Shown here: positions 10,147-20,246 of the stretch, piece by piece
Layout: the number at the start of each line of letters is the position of its first letter
Position numbering within the stretch: the stretch's first letter is position 1
From: Waterburya sp.
GTDB taxonomy: Bacteria > Cyanobacteriota > Cyanobacteriia > Cyanobacteriales > Xenococcaceae
Assembly (NCBI GenBank): GCA_965217895.1
Contig: CBDCJV010000002.1
Coordinates: forward strand, 1,952,001 to 2,016,000
Direction: 5' to 3'
DNA length: 64,000 bases
The notes under the pieces: generated by a model
Databases searched by the model: none
What the model was told of the DNA's origin: nothing
The model's input: only the letters and a program-made list of their open reading frames with translations
Position numbers and translations under genes: made by a program

Positions 10147-10572
10147 CTAATCAAGCACAGCGTCGCCAGTCCACCAGCCTGATATTATGATAGTTCCTCT
10201 GTGGTGTTTGACTCTATTTACAGTCATAAAATAAGCATAAGCTTTGCCTAAAAATCGATCATCTAAGCTATAAATATTAACCAACTGGCGATCGTATTCA
10301 TTGAGACTTGAATCTCGCCCTGGTTGATAACCTTCTAACCTGTCCAAGCTATTTAAAACATTAAGGTCAATAAAAGAAAGTAAAATTCCCCTAACTTTAT
10401 TTTTTCCTTCAGTCATAGCGGGATAACCAACGGGCAAAGTATATAAATTTCCCCAGGTATAGGCAGAAATTTGTTGTTGAACTTTTCTACCGCAATAGTA
10501 AGAAAAATTGACTTCTCCTGGCTTGAGTGTACCGTAAACAAAAACATTAAGAGTTAACGGGTCAGATTTCAT
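10147..10572 (-). CDS. Gamma-glutamylcyclotransferase (AIG2-like)
   Basis: VFVYGTLKPG, GYPAM, LDRLEGY. Confidence 0.9.
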   Translation of the reverse strand: MKSDPLTLNVFVYGTLKPGEVNFSYYCGRKVQQQISAYTWGNLYTLPVGYPAMTEGKNKVRGILLSFIDLNVLNSLDRLEGYQPGRDSSLNEYDRQLVNIYSLDDRFLGKAYAYFMTVNRVKHHRGTIIISGWWTGDAVLD

Positions 10573-10614
10573 TGGATAATTAATATCTGATAATTAATAA
10601 TTAGGATTTAATCA

Positions 10615-11397
10615 TTGAGAGTAGCTACTTGGAACGTTAACTCAATTCGGACTCGCCAGCAGATCGTTGTTGATTGGTTACAGCAACATCGAGTAGACGT
10701 TCTTTGTCTGCAAGAAACCAAGGTGCAGGATCATGAGTTTCCGCGATCGCCTTTTGTAGATTTGGGCTACAACACCTACATCTCAGGTCAAAAATCTTAT
10801 AATGGCGTAGCTATTTTTAGTCTTCAGCCTCTAAGTGAAATTAGTTGTGGCTTTAGTCCGATTGTGGGAGATGAGGCGCAGGATTTCGATCTGCAAAAGC
10901 GGGTGATTACTGGTGTGGTAGATAATATACGAATTGTCAATCTCTATGTGCCTAACGGTTCGGCGATCGCTAGTGAAAAATATGAATATAAACTAAACTG
11001 GCTCAAGATTTTGCAGAAATACCTGCAAACACTACAGATTCAAGAACAAGAAATATGTGTCTGTGGCGATTTTAATATTGCCCTAGAAGATAAAGATATT
11101 TATACTTCCAAGGGTAGAGAAGAACATATTATGTCTTCTCCTGTTGAGCGAGAAGCCTTAAAGCAAGTATTACAACTTGGCTTTCAAGATGCCTTTCGTA
11201 AATTTACCTTAGATGAAGGTCATTATAGCTGGTGGGATTACCGCGCTGCTGGCTTTAATCGCAATCGAGGTTGGCGTATCGATCATCATTATCTAACCCC
11301 AAAGCTATATCAACAGGCAACTAAATCTTGGATTGATGCTGAACCCAGAAAGCTAGCCAAACCTAGCGATCATGCCCCTGCGATCGTCGAATTTTAA
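10615..11397 (+). CDS. xth: Exodeoxyribonuclease III
   Basis: ATWNVNSIR, LQETK, GDFN, YSWWDYR, GWRID, SDHAP. Confidence 0.96.
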   Translation: MRVATWNVNSIRTRQQIVVDWLQQHRVDVLCLQETKVQDHEFPRSPFVDLGYNTYISGQKSYNGVAIFSLQPLSEISCGFSPIVGDEAQDFDLQKRVITGVVDNIRIVNLYVPNGSAIASEKYEYKLNWLKILQKYLQTLQIQEQEICVCGDFNIALEDKDIYTSKGREEHIMSSPVEREALKQVLQLGFQDAFRKFTLDEGHYSWWDYRAAGFNRNRGWRIDHHYLTPKLYQQATKSWIDAEPRKLAKPSDHAPAIVEF

Positions 11398-11422
11398 TCT
11401 GCAACAGCATTACGAACCCAGG

Positions 11423-12343
11423 TTAGATTTGGGCGATCCGCAAACGTTCAATATCTTGAATTGGCGGCGCACCAAACATACGGGAATACTCGCGGCTAAA
11501 CTGTGAGGGGCTTTCATAACCCACCTGATAAGCAGTACTGGCTGCATCCGCATTTTCTGCCAGCATTAGGTGACGGGCGTTTAATAGTCTTATTTGTTTT
11601 TGATATTGCAGCGGACTCATGGATGTGACTGCTTTAAAATGGCGATGGAGTGAAGAAGAGGACAAATTAACCTGTTCGGCTAAATCTTCAATCCGCATTG
11701 GTTTAGCGAAGTTAGTTTTGATTATTTTAATCGCCCTAGCAATATTCTGCATATTGCTGCCAGATGTAGCGATTTGACGAACCGCTTCGCTTTGTTCGCT
11801 GACTAAAAGGCGGTAATAAATTTCACGTATAATTAACGGTGCTAAAAAAGGAATGTCTTGGGGTGTATCCAAAAGCCTTACCAGCTTGAGCGCACAGTCA
11901 ATCAAGGGTAAGGTAGCATCGCTAACAAACCAGCCTTTAACAGATTCTTTTTTGTTTGCAGTTGGAGTCTGAGAAATAATGTCACAAAGCTGAACGGGAT
12001 CTAAATCTAGCTTAAGTCCCAAATAAGGGCGATCTGGTGTTGCTTCTGTAACAAATCCACTAAGGGGTAAATCGACTGAGATAACTAAATACTGAGCAAC
12101 TCCATAACGATGGGTTTCTTCCCCTAGCAATGCTTCTTTTTTTCCTTGAACCACAATGGCGAGAATCGGCTCGCTAACATTGTGCATAGAGGTCAAAGTA
12201 TCAGACTCTCGCGTAAATTCTAAAGGTGCGATCGCTGTTCCATGGATGCCATGACCTTTGCCATCGGTACGCCTTGAAATTAATTGCGCTATCTCTTTAC
12301 ACTTGCTGATAGTCGTCTCATGCTCCAGTGCTTCAATGGTCAT
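11423..12343 (-). CDS. AraC-family transcriptional regulator
   Basis: AraC_N domain plus C-terminal SPLQYQKQIRL..VGYESPSQFSREY; divergent from SDR genes. Confidence 0.93.
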   Translation of the reverse strand: MTIEALEHETTISKCKEIAQLISRRTDGKGHGIHGTAIAPLEFTRESDTLTSMHNVSEPILAIVVQGKKEALLGEETHRYGVAQYLVISVDLPLSGFVTEATPDRPYLGLKLDLDPVQLCDIISQTPTANKKESVKGWFVSDATLPLIDCALKLVRLLDTPQDIPFLAPLIIREIYYRLLVSEQSEAVRQIATSGSNMQNIARAIKIIKTNFAKPMRIEDLAEQVNLSSSSLHRHFKAVTSMSPLQYQKQIRLLNARHLMLAENADAASTAYQVGYESPSQFSREYSRMFGAPPIQDIERLRIAQI

Positions 12344-12516
12344 GTTTAATTCCTAACGAGTTTGGCTATGTTTACCAGCTTATTATAAAAAAACCTACTC
12401 TCGTTAATCTTGTATTTGAGAGAATTAGGCAATTGTACGAGAGGATTAGGCATTCAGGAAGCTATTATTCAAGCCTATGATGAAACTGTCCAGAAAAAAT
12501 ATGGCAGGATAAAGCA

Positions 12517-13284
12517 ATGACTGAGAACAAAAGAAAAATCGCGCTGGTAACGGGAGCGAGCAGAGGACTAGGCAAAAATACGGCTTTGGCACTGGCGAAA
12601 AAAGGGATTGATGTCATCGTGACCTATCACAGCAACGAAGCAGAAGCTAATAACGTTGTCTCTGCAATTGAAGCAAATGGCGGACAGGCGATCGCGCTAC
12701 AGCTAGATACGTCTGACACAAAAACCTTTGATGGGTTTGCAGCACAAATCAAGCGATCGCTTCAGGAAACATGGCAGACAGAACAGTTTGATTTTCTGAT
12801 TAATAATGCGGGAATTGGAATTAACAAACCCTTTGCAGAAACAACCGAAGCAGACTTTGATCGCTTGATGAATATCCAGCTTAAGGGCGTTTTCTTCCTA
12901 ACGCAGAAACTTCTGACTGTGATAAAAAATGGCGGACGCATCATTAATATTTCATCAGGGCTAGCTCGATTTACACTACCAGGATATTCTGCATACGCAA
13001 CCATGAAGGGAGGAATAGAGGTATTAACCCGTTACATGGCAAAGGAACTGGGAGAAAGACAGATTACCGTCAATGTAGTTGCTCCAGGGGCAATTGAAAC
13101 AGATTTCGGTGGAGGCGCAGTGCGTGACAATTCAGAAATTAACGACTTTATTGCTTCACAAACAGCCTTGGGTCGCGTCGGTGTTCCCGATGATATCGGT
13201 GGTGCGATCGCCTCTTTACTTTCTGAAGATAACCGCTGGGTAAATGCCCAGAGAATTGAAATTTCTGGCGGTACGTTCCTTTAG
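12517..13284 (+). CDS. Short-chain dehydrogenase/reductase
   Basis: TGASRGLG, NNAG, YATMK. Confidence 0.93.
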   Translation: MTENKRKIALVTGASRGLGKNTALALAKKGIDVIVTYHSNEAEANNVVSAIEANGGQAIALQLDTSDTKTFDGFAAQIKRSLQETWQTEQFDFLINNAGIGINKPFAETTEADFDRLMNIQLKGVFFLTQKLLTVIKNGGRIINISSGLARFTLPGYSAYATMKGGIEVLTRYMAKELGERQITVNVVAPGAIETDFGGGAVRDNSEINDFIASQTALGRVGVPDDIGGAIASLLSEDNRWVNAQRIEISGGTFL

Positions 13285-13359
13285 ATCTCAGCCTTAGCTA
13301 AACAGAACAAGAAATAAATTTATAAGGTCACTGTCACTAAAAAATAAGAGGTCATTAAA

Positions 13360-14379
13360 ATGCCAAATCCTTCAAATACCGCAGCCTGGCAGCCAGAACC
13401 AGGCGTTGCACTAGAGATTAAACCAGCCCCATACACTTCACCAGGCGAGCATGAGATTGTTGTCAGGAATCTCGCGATCGCCGTCAATCCCGTCGATTGG
13501 ATTATCCAAGACCAGGCTATGTTCGACTGGCTTAAATATTCGCTCATTCTTGGCAGCGACGTGGCGGGTGAAGTCGTAGAGATCGGCAAGGGCGTATCCC
13601 GCTTCAAACCGGGCGATCGCGTACTCGCTCAAGCAACTGGCGGGTTGAGAAACGAGCCTGCCAGGAGCGCCTTTCAACAATACACAGTTATTGCTGAAAA
13701 TATGGCAGCGCATATCCCAGACCCCATTGACTACGCCAACGCTGCTGTTCTGCCACTGGGTCTTGGGACTGCATCATGCGGTCTGTTCGAGAAAGACCAG
13801 TTGGCACTTCAATATCCTTCGGTGCCGCCCAAACCAACAGGCAAGGCACTGCTCATTTGGGGAGGATCTTCGAGCGTTGGTTGCAATGGTATTCAGCTTG
13901 CCGTGGCAGCCGGGTACGAAGTTATTAGCACCGCCTCGCCGAAGAATTTTGATTTGCTCAAGCGATTGGGGGCTAGCCATGTATGCGACTACAATAGCGA
14001 GAATATTGTCGAAGAACTGGTTCAAGTATTGAAAGGTAAAACGATAGCTGGCGCACTTCATACTGTTGGAGATTTGGAAAAATGCTTTGCCGTCGTTGAC
14101 CGCTGTTCGGGACGAAAATTTGTCTCTATGACTTCGCCACTACCCGAAAGCAAACCTGCTAACGTCGATGCCAAGCAAATTTTTGGCGATACGCTCAAGG
14201 ACAACGAGGTCAGTCGAGCGGTCTATGTAGATTTCCTTGGCAACGCTCTCAGCGACGGTGTCTATGTTCTCGCGCCTGAGCCTTGGGTCGTCGGGACTGG
14301 TCTTGAGTCTCTTCAAAAGGGTCTGGAAGTTCAGAAGCAAGGTGTGTCGGCAAAGAAAGTGGTCATCACACTCGAATAA
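13360..14379 (+). CDS. MDR-family (zinc-binding ADH/enoyl-reductase-like) oxidoreductase
   Basis: AVNPVDW, ILGSDVAGEV, WGGSSSVG; visibly more GC-rich than flanks. Confidence 0.9.
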   Translation: MPNPSNTAAWQPEPGVALEIKPAPYTSPGEHEIVVRNLAIAVNPVDWIIQDQAMFDWLKYSLILGSDVAGEVVEIGKGVSRFKPGDRVLAQATGGLRNEPARSAFQQYTVIAENMAAHIPDPIDYANAAVLPLGLGTASCGLFEKDQLALQYPSVPPKPTGKALLIWGGSSSVGCNGIQLAVAAGYEVISTASPKNFDLLKRLGASHVCDYNSENIVEELVQVLKGKTIAGALHTVGDLEKCFAVVDRCSGRKFVSMTSPLPESKPANVDAKQIFGDTLKDNEVSRAVYVDFLGNALSDGVYVLAPEPWVVGTGLESLQKGLEVQKQGVSAKKVVITLE

Positions 14380-14399
14380 TCTCAAATATATGCGATCGC

Positions 14400-14572
14400 T
14401 TCTTAAACGGCGCGGATGCGCCAGCGTCCCTGAAAGGGACTTTGCACCCAAAGGGTGCTGTGTCGCTTCACCCTCGACAATAGCTTTAACGGGTCGCAGA
14501 CCCGCAACGCTTTGTCTGGCAAGTCGAGATGCGGACAAGTCCTTTGGTCGCATCTGACCCGCCCAACGCCCT
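14400..14572. repeat. GC-rich composite of small hairpin repeats
   Basis: GTCCCT-gaa-AGGGAC, GCACCC-aaa-GGGTGC, CGGGTC-gca-GACCCG, AGATGCG...CGCATCT; starts right after HIP1 14392-14399. Confidence 0.7.
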
Positions 14573-14652
14573 GCATCGCCTTTTTACTTTCTGAAGACAA
14601 CCTCTGGGTAAATGCCCAAAGAACTGAAATTTTTGGCGGTCAGTCTATTTAA
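14573..14652 (+). pseudogene. Orphan duplicate of the 3' end of SDR 12517..13284
   Basis: Aligns to 13204-13284 (IAFLLSEDNLWVNAQRTEIFGG vs IASLLSEDNRWVNAQRIEISGG). Confidence 0.9.
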
Positions 14653-14685
14653 TTCAAATCAATTAAAACAATAAGGAAAATTACT

Positions 14686-15420
14686 ATGTTAAACGTAGAA
14701 AACAAAGTGATTGCTATCACAGGAGCTAGCAGTGGTATTGGCGAAGCTACCGCCAAACTGCTCGCCCAAAATGGTGCCAAGGTAATTCTGGGCGCGCGGC
14801 GCACCGAAAAGCTAGCCAAGATTGTTGAGGCGATCGGTAGTCAAGGCGGTATAGCGGAATTTAAAGCAGTAGATGTCACCAATCGCCAAGATGTAACAGC
14901 GTTCGTTCACTTTGCCAAAGACAAGTTTGGTCGCGTCGATGTCATCTTTAACAATGCAGGGGTAATGCCTTTGTCGCCGATGAATGCCTTGAAAGTCGAA
15001 GAATGGGACAACACAGTCAACGTGAACATCAACGGCGTATTGAACGGGATTGCAGCGGGTTTGCCAATTATGGAGGCGCAAGGTGGCGGACACTTTATTA
15101 ATACCGCCTCAATTGGCGCACATTTAGTATCACCCACCGCTGCGGTCTATTGTGCAACCAAGTATGCCGTTTGGGCAATTTCTGAGGGTCTACGTCAGGA
15201 GTCAAAAAATATTCGCGTGACTACTATATCTCCTGGAGTGGTTGAAACCGAACTCGGCTCTGAAATTACGGACGATTCAGCCAAAGGCTTTTTGCAAGAG
15301 TTACGCAAAACTGCACTAACTCCAGACGCGATCGCCTGTGCTGTCTTATATGCCGTGTCTCAGTCAGATGATGTGGATGTTAATGAAGTGATTGTTCGTC
15401 CAACGGCGAGTGCATATTAA
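14686..15420 (+). CDS. Short-chain dehydrogenase/reductase (YdfG-like)
   Basis: TGASSGIG, NNAG, YCATK. Confidence 0.93.
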   Translation: MLNVENKVIAITGASSGIGEATAKLLAQNGAKVILGARRTEKLAKIVEAIGSQGGIAEFKAVDVTNRQDVTAFVHFAKDKFGRVDVIFNNAGVMPLSPMNALKVEEWDNTVNVNINGVLNGIAAGLPIMEAQGGGHFINTASIGAHLVSPTAAVYCATKYAVWAISEGLRQESKNIRVTTISPGVVETELGSEITDDSAKGFLQELRKTALTPDAIACAVLYAVSQSDDVDVNEVIVRPTASAY

Positions 15421-15581
15421 TTATTAGAAGAAAGTACTTGAGTTTGACGCTCATTCTAAAACAGAGACGATTCTATTACTATCGTCAATTTGATTGAAAG
15501 CAGAGATGTTTTTAAGCAGGTTTAAAGTTATTCATGGCTTGTATATCTGGACAAACAAAGCAAGGTTTAATCAAGAAAACA

Positions 15582-16397
15582 TTAACTTAAAGATAATTCC
15601 AGCGAAGGAAGTGCTTTAGCTGAAATAAAATTTTGCTCAATTAATATCTGATAAAGATCGATCTCGGTTTCCAGAAGGCACGCATGACCACTTTGAGGTA
15701 ATATTGCCATTTTTGCTTTGGGCATCATGTTAACTAGTTTTTTAGCTTCTGCCACCGAAGGCAACAAGCCATCGGCTGCACCAGCAAGAATCAGGCTAGG
15801 AATTTTTAAACTACCTAACTCCTCATCAGCGATTTTAAAATCTCTAAGCAGAGATAAACGCCAGCTAATTACCTGGGGTGGCAAAGATTTCATACTTTCT
15901 ACTAAGCTAAGGCGATCGCATTCATTAATTCGATTTAGTTGCGCTAAAAAAGGTAATAGTCCCGCAGCCGAGTAGCGATGTATCCAGGTAGGTAGCCAAG
16001 GAGCAATATCCGCGCCTAAACCTAAAATAGGTAGCTGGTTAGAAGAGGAAGCGGGGTTGACTAAAACTAGTTTTTTAATCAATGATGGTGCAGCCAAAGC
16101 TGTTTTTAGTGCTAAACAACCACCAAAAGATTCACCACACAGATATACTTCTTTATTTGTCTTACAGTCTAATTCAGATCTAATCAGCTTTACCGTATCC
16201 CTAGCTAAATCTTGCCAGTTACTGTAGTTATCGCTCCGAATCTTCAGACAACGCAAATCAAAACGAGCCGCTAATTTATCCGCCTGATTCTGAAATAGCT
16301 TACCTGTACCGTCCATTCCAGGCAAGTAAACAAACAAAGGAGCATCTCGGTTAACTTTTCTTGCCTCTATAAAATCTACGCTATATTCAAAACTCAT
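15582..16397 (-). CDS. Alpha/beta hydrolase resembling the hydrolase half of plant ELT/PES acyltransferases
   Basis: LPGMDGTG, GESFGG nucleophile elbow, NPASS, SGHACLLE. Confidence 0.85.
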   Translation of the reverse strand: MSFEYSVDFIEARKVNRDAPLFVYLPGMDGTGKLFQNQADKLAARFDLRCLKIRSDNYSNWQDLARDTVKLIRSELDCKTNKEVYLCGESFGGCLALKTALAAPSLIKKLVLVNPASSSNQLPILGLGADIAPWLPTWIHRYSAAGLLPFLAQLNRINECDRLSLVESMKSLPPQVISWRLSLLRDFKIADEELGSLKIPSLILAGAADGLLPSVAEAKKLVNMMPKAKMAILPQSGHACLLETEIDLYQILIEQNFISAKALPSLELSLS

Positions 16398-16573
16398 AAA
16401 TAATAAATAAAATAAATATGTAAATCGAAAAACTTAAAACTTAAAATTACTTCATATACACTATTGTACTATTGTTTTATATTCCTCTTCAAAGATAAAT
16501 TTATTTACACTTTTCTTTATATTGTGTTCACAGCAAATAATGAAGGGTTTACTTCTTACTCCTTACTTCTTAC

Positions 16574-17302
16574 TCACCCTTTATAAGTCCCTTCTTGTAA
16601 TAACTCTGTGATCTGATTCTGGCAATAGTTAGTTAAGTCTGTAGCGAGTATTTTTGCCTGTTTACCCTTATACTCCTGTTTTTGTGCCGTATTTATCAAG
16701 TAAGGACGACCGATCAATACTTTAACGCGGTGGTAAACCAACATTGGATGTAACCCCTGGTGTTCAAAAAATGGTTCTTGGCGATCGAATTGTTTAAGCC
16801 AACTAATAGGAATACTGGGATAATTTGTTTCTGATAAAGAAGCGATCGCCACTGGTAAAACAGCTAAATTATTAACAGGAACTCTCCAGGCTAGATGAGC
16901 AAAACCACGCTGAAATTCGCCCATTTCATAGGGTGCGGTAGGCTCGATCATTGGTTTAGTACCTTCAGGAAATAAACCAACCCACTGTCTAGAAGCAAGA
17001 AGATTGCTTGCTTGGGCAAAAAACTGCTTTTGTCTTTGATTAGCCTCAGCCAAGGGAAAGCAGCCTAAAGAATCAACAATTTCTTTGACTACTGGAATTT
17101 CTCCCATGTAATGATGACAGGCAATTCTTAAAGAATAAGGAATTGTTTTAATCAGAATTGGCGCATCTAAAAAACTACGGTGGTTGCTGATAACAATAGT
17201 CGGAATATCTTGGGGAATGCGATCGCCATAAGATAGAGTCAAATTTAGATTAACTGCCGATATCAAAGACTGAGCGATTAAACGAGGTGGAATAGATGGC
17301 AT
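16574..17302 (-). CDS. PlsC-like lysophospholipid acyltransferase
   Basis: SNHRSFLD (HX4D), LFPEG. Confidence 0.88.
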   Translation of the reverse strand: MPSIPPRLIAQSLISAVNLNLTLSYGDRIPQDIPTIVISNHRSFLDAPILIKTIPYSLRIACHHYMGEIPVVKEIVDSLGCFPLAEANQRQKQFFAQASNLLASRQWVGLFPEGTKPMIEPTAPYEMGEFQRGFAHLAWRVPVNNLAVLPVAIASLSETNYPSIPISWLKQFDRQEPFFEHQGLHPMLVYHRVKVLIGRPYLINTAQKQEYKGKQAKILATDLTNYCQNQITELLQEGTYKG

Positions 17303-17753
17303 TTAACGAGATTATTGGCTGATCTGAAACAAAATAAACAATACCTTGATGTTGTTGCCAGTTTAGGCTTATCTATAGTATGAAGCACTATTCAACAATT
17401 AACAAAGGTTTTGTGTTTTCTCGATTTATAGAAATTATATTGAAGCTGCAATGATTAATTGAAGGTTAATACAGTTTTTTAATCACTTTGCTAACGAAGT
17501 CGAAAAATTATTAAGTATTTTCTTCAACCCCAAGTTAACCAACATTTTGCAATTGATACTATTTATGTATAGTTCTTATAATTTATTTAAACCAAACTAA
17601 AGTCCTTCAATCTATTAAAATAATTGTTTTAGAGAAGTTTAAAAGTTAGATTAAGGCGTATTGAACATCAATTTTGGCTATATTGCTTTTAAACCTTAAG
17701 GGCTATTAAACATATATCCTTTTGGTTTGGGCAAAACGATCGCTCTTTTTTAA

Positions 17754-19346
17754 ATGAATAATACAGATCATCAATTTGCTTTAACTACTCCCCTTTATTA
17801 CGTTAACGGTGTACCGCATATTGGTAGTGCCTACACTACTATGGTGGCTGATGCTGCTGCTAGATTTCAGCGTTTGCAGGGAAAATCTGTTTTATTTATT
17901 ACTGGAACAGATGAACACGGACAAAAGATTCAGCGTACTGCTGTTGAACAAAACTTAGATCCTCAAGTTTTTTGCGATCGCAATGTTGAAAGCTTTAAAT
18001 CTTTGTGGTCACAATTAAACATCAAATACGATCGTTTTAGTCGTACTACTGCGCCTAATCATCAAGCAATTGTCAATGAGTTTTTTGAGCGTGTCTGGCA
18101 ACAGGGTGATATTTACCTCGATCGCCAACAGGGTTGGTACTGCGTCTCGTGTGAAGAGTTCAAGGAAGAACGAGAATTAATCGACGATCATCATTGCGCT
18201 ATTCATACCAATAAACAAGCAGAATGGCGAGATGAAGAAAATTATTTCTTTCGTCTTTCTAACTATCAGAAGTATTTAGAAAAACTATACGAGTCTCAAC
18301 CAGACTTTATCCAACCAGCTACTCGGCGTAATGAAGTTATCAACTTTGTCAAACAAGGTTTAAAAGATTTCTCTATTTCTCGCGTTAATTTAGACTGGGG
18401 TTTTCCTGTTCCTGTAGATGAAAAGCACACTATCTATGTTTGGTTTGATGCTCTTTTAGGCTATATTACCGCTCTGCTTGAAAGCGATCGAGAACCAACT
18501 TTAGATAATGCCTTGTCTCAATGGTGGCCGATTAATTTACATTTAATTGGTAAAGATATATTGCGTTTTCATGCGGTTTACTGGCCTGCTATGTTAGCTT
18601 CTGCTGGTTTGCCTATACCAAATAAAGTGTTTGGTCATGGTTTTTTGACCAAAGATGGACTCAAAATGGGAAAAACTTTGGGCAATACCGTCGATCCCTT
18701 TGAGTTAGTAAATAAGTATGGTGCAGACGCTGTACGCTATTACTTTCTCAAAGAAATTGAGTTAGGTAAAGACGGCGATTTTAATGAAACTCGTTTTATT
18801 GAAGTGCTTAATAATGATTTAGCTAATGTCTTGGGCAACTCGCTAAACCGAACTCTGGGGATGTTAACCAAATATTGCCAAAGTAAAGTTCCGCAGTTAA
18901 ACAGCGATGACTATGGTTCAAACCATCCACTTTTTAGTATTGGCGTGAATTTAGGCGATCGCGTGGCTTTAGCTTACGAAAATCTGCAATTTAGTCAGGC
19001 TTGCGAAGAAATATTAACTTTGGTGCGCTCTTGCAATAAATATATTGATGAGAGTGCGCCTTGGAGTTTATTTAAGCAGCAAAAGCAATCTGAGGTAGAA
19101 CATATTTTATCTGCCGTCTTAGAGTCTGTACGTTTGTCCGCTTACTTATTATCTCCTGTGATCCCCGACATCAGCACTAAAATTTATCAACAGTTAGGGT
19201 TTGACTGGGATTTTAACAGTAGCGATCGAGTACAGACTAAGGAAGATTTTCTGGTTCATTCAAAGTGGGGCAAACTGTCTATTAATAAAAAACTAGATAA
19301 GGCTAGCCCAGTCTTTTCTAAATTAGAATTACCGTCGAAAGATTAA
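17754..19346 (+). CDS. metG: Methionine-tRNA ligase
   Basis: PHIGSAY (HIGH), TGTDEHGQK, YVWFDAL, KMGKT. Confidence 0.97.
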   Translation: MNNTDHQFALTTPLYYVNGVPHIGSAYTTMVADAAARFQRLQGKSVLFITGTDEHGQKIQRTAVEQNLDPQVFCDRNVESFKSLWSQLNIKYDRFSRTTAPNHQAIVNEFFERVWQQGDIYLDRQQGWYCVSCEEFKEERELIDDHHCAIHTNKQAEWRDEENYFFRLSNYQKYLEKLYESQPDFIQPATRRNEVINFVKQGLKDFSISRVNLDWGFPVPVDEKHTIYVWFDALLGYITALLESDREPTLDNALSQWWPINLHLIGKDILRFHAVYWPAMLASAGLPIPNKVFGHGFLTKDGLKMGKTLGNTVDPFELVNKYGADAVRYYFLKEIELGKDGDFNETRFIEVLNNDLANVLGNSLNRTLGMLTKYCQSKVPQLNSDDYGSNHPLFSIGVNLGDRVALAYENLQFSQACEEILTLVRSCNKYIDESAPWSLFKQQKQSEVEHILSAVLESVRLSAYLLSPVIPDISTKIYQQLGFDWDFNSSDRVQTKEDFLVHSKWGKLSINKKLDKASPVFSKLELPSKD

Positions 19347-19652
19347 ATTAAGACGAGTAATTTAGCACAGTATTTTTTTACTGGTATAAGGTTACTTACA
19401 TAAACAACAAGCAACCGTGACACTATCGTTGATATTTAAGCCTATCTAGATTAACAAATACTATAGATAGAAAATTGATTATTTACTTTAACGCTCAACT
19501 GTAGACCGCACAAGGCGGTCAAAAATTTAAAAGCTCGATCTCAACTTATAAAACTAGAATACTCGGTTTGGCTGTTTTATACGGTCAGTAATTATAGGGT
19601 TAATCCACCCAAATAGAAAAACTTTTTTGTATAAAAAACGAGGCTTAATAAA

Positions 19653-20246
19653 ATGTTGGACAACTTCGGAAGTGACCCTATCTTTACATCTGAACAGATT
19701 TTAGAAAATAGAGGACGGGTGGGAATTTTTATTGATGGTTCAAATTTGTTTTACGCTGCACTACAGCTAGGTATTGAAATTGATTACAGTAAACTCTTGT
19801 ACCGTCTTACGGGAGGTTCAAGATTACTCAGATCGTTTTTCTACACGGGAGTAGATCGCACTAACGAAAAACAACAGGGCTTTTTATTGTGGATGCGCCG
19901 TAATGGTTATCGCGTCATTGCCAAAGACTTAGTACAGCTACCAGATGGCTCCAAAAAAGCTAATCTAGACGTAGAAATTGCCGTTGATATGATGGCTTTG
20001 GTATCTGCCTATGACACCGCCGTATTGGTCAGTGGCGACGGGGATCTTGCTTATGCAGTAGATGCAGTTAGTTATCGTGGTGCAAGAGTAGAAGTTGTCA
20101 GCTTGCGATCGATGACTAGCGATAGCTTAATTAATGTAGCCGATCGCTATATTGATTTGGATCAAATAAAAGAAGATATTCAAAAAAATACCAAACATGG
20201 CGATCCCTATCGCAGTTTTTCTGGATTTGGCATCTTGGATGAATAG
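19653..20246 (+). CDS. NYN/LabA-DUF88 domain protein
   Basis: IFIDGSNLFY, LVSGDGD. Confidence 0.92.
   Translation: MLDNFGSDPIFTSEQILENRGRVGIFIDGSNLFYAALQLGIEIDYSKLLYRLTGGSRLLRSFFYTGVDRTNEKQQGFLLWMRRNGYRVIAKDLVQLPDGSKKANLDVEIAVDMMALVSAYDTAVLVSGDGDLAYAVDAVSYRGARVEVVSLRSMTSDSLINVADRYIDLDQIKEDIQKNTKHGDPYRSFSGFGILDE

Noticed and set aside
13320..14652. Cluster of short overlapping ORFs on both strands
   Set aside because: Expected from GC-rich coding and repeat DNA; only the last ~26 codons of 14455..14652 are real (SDR tail).
15465..15500. Possible duplicate of the xth 3' end marking the island boundary
   Set aside because: Similarity too short and weak to support.
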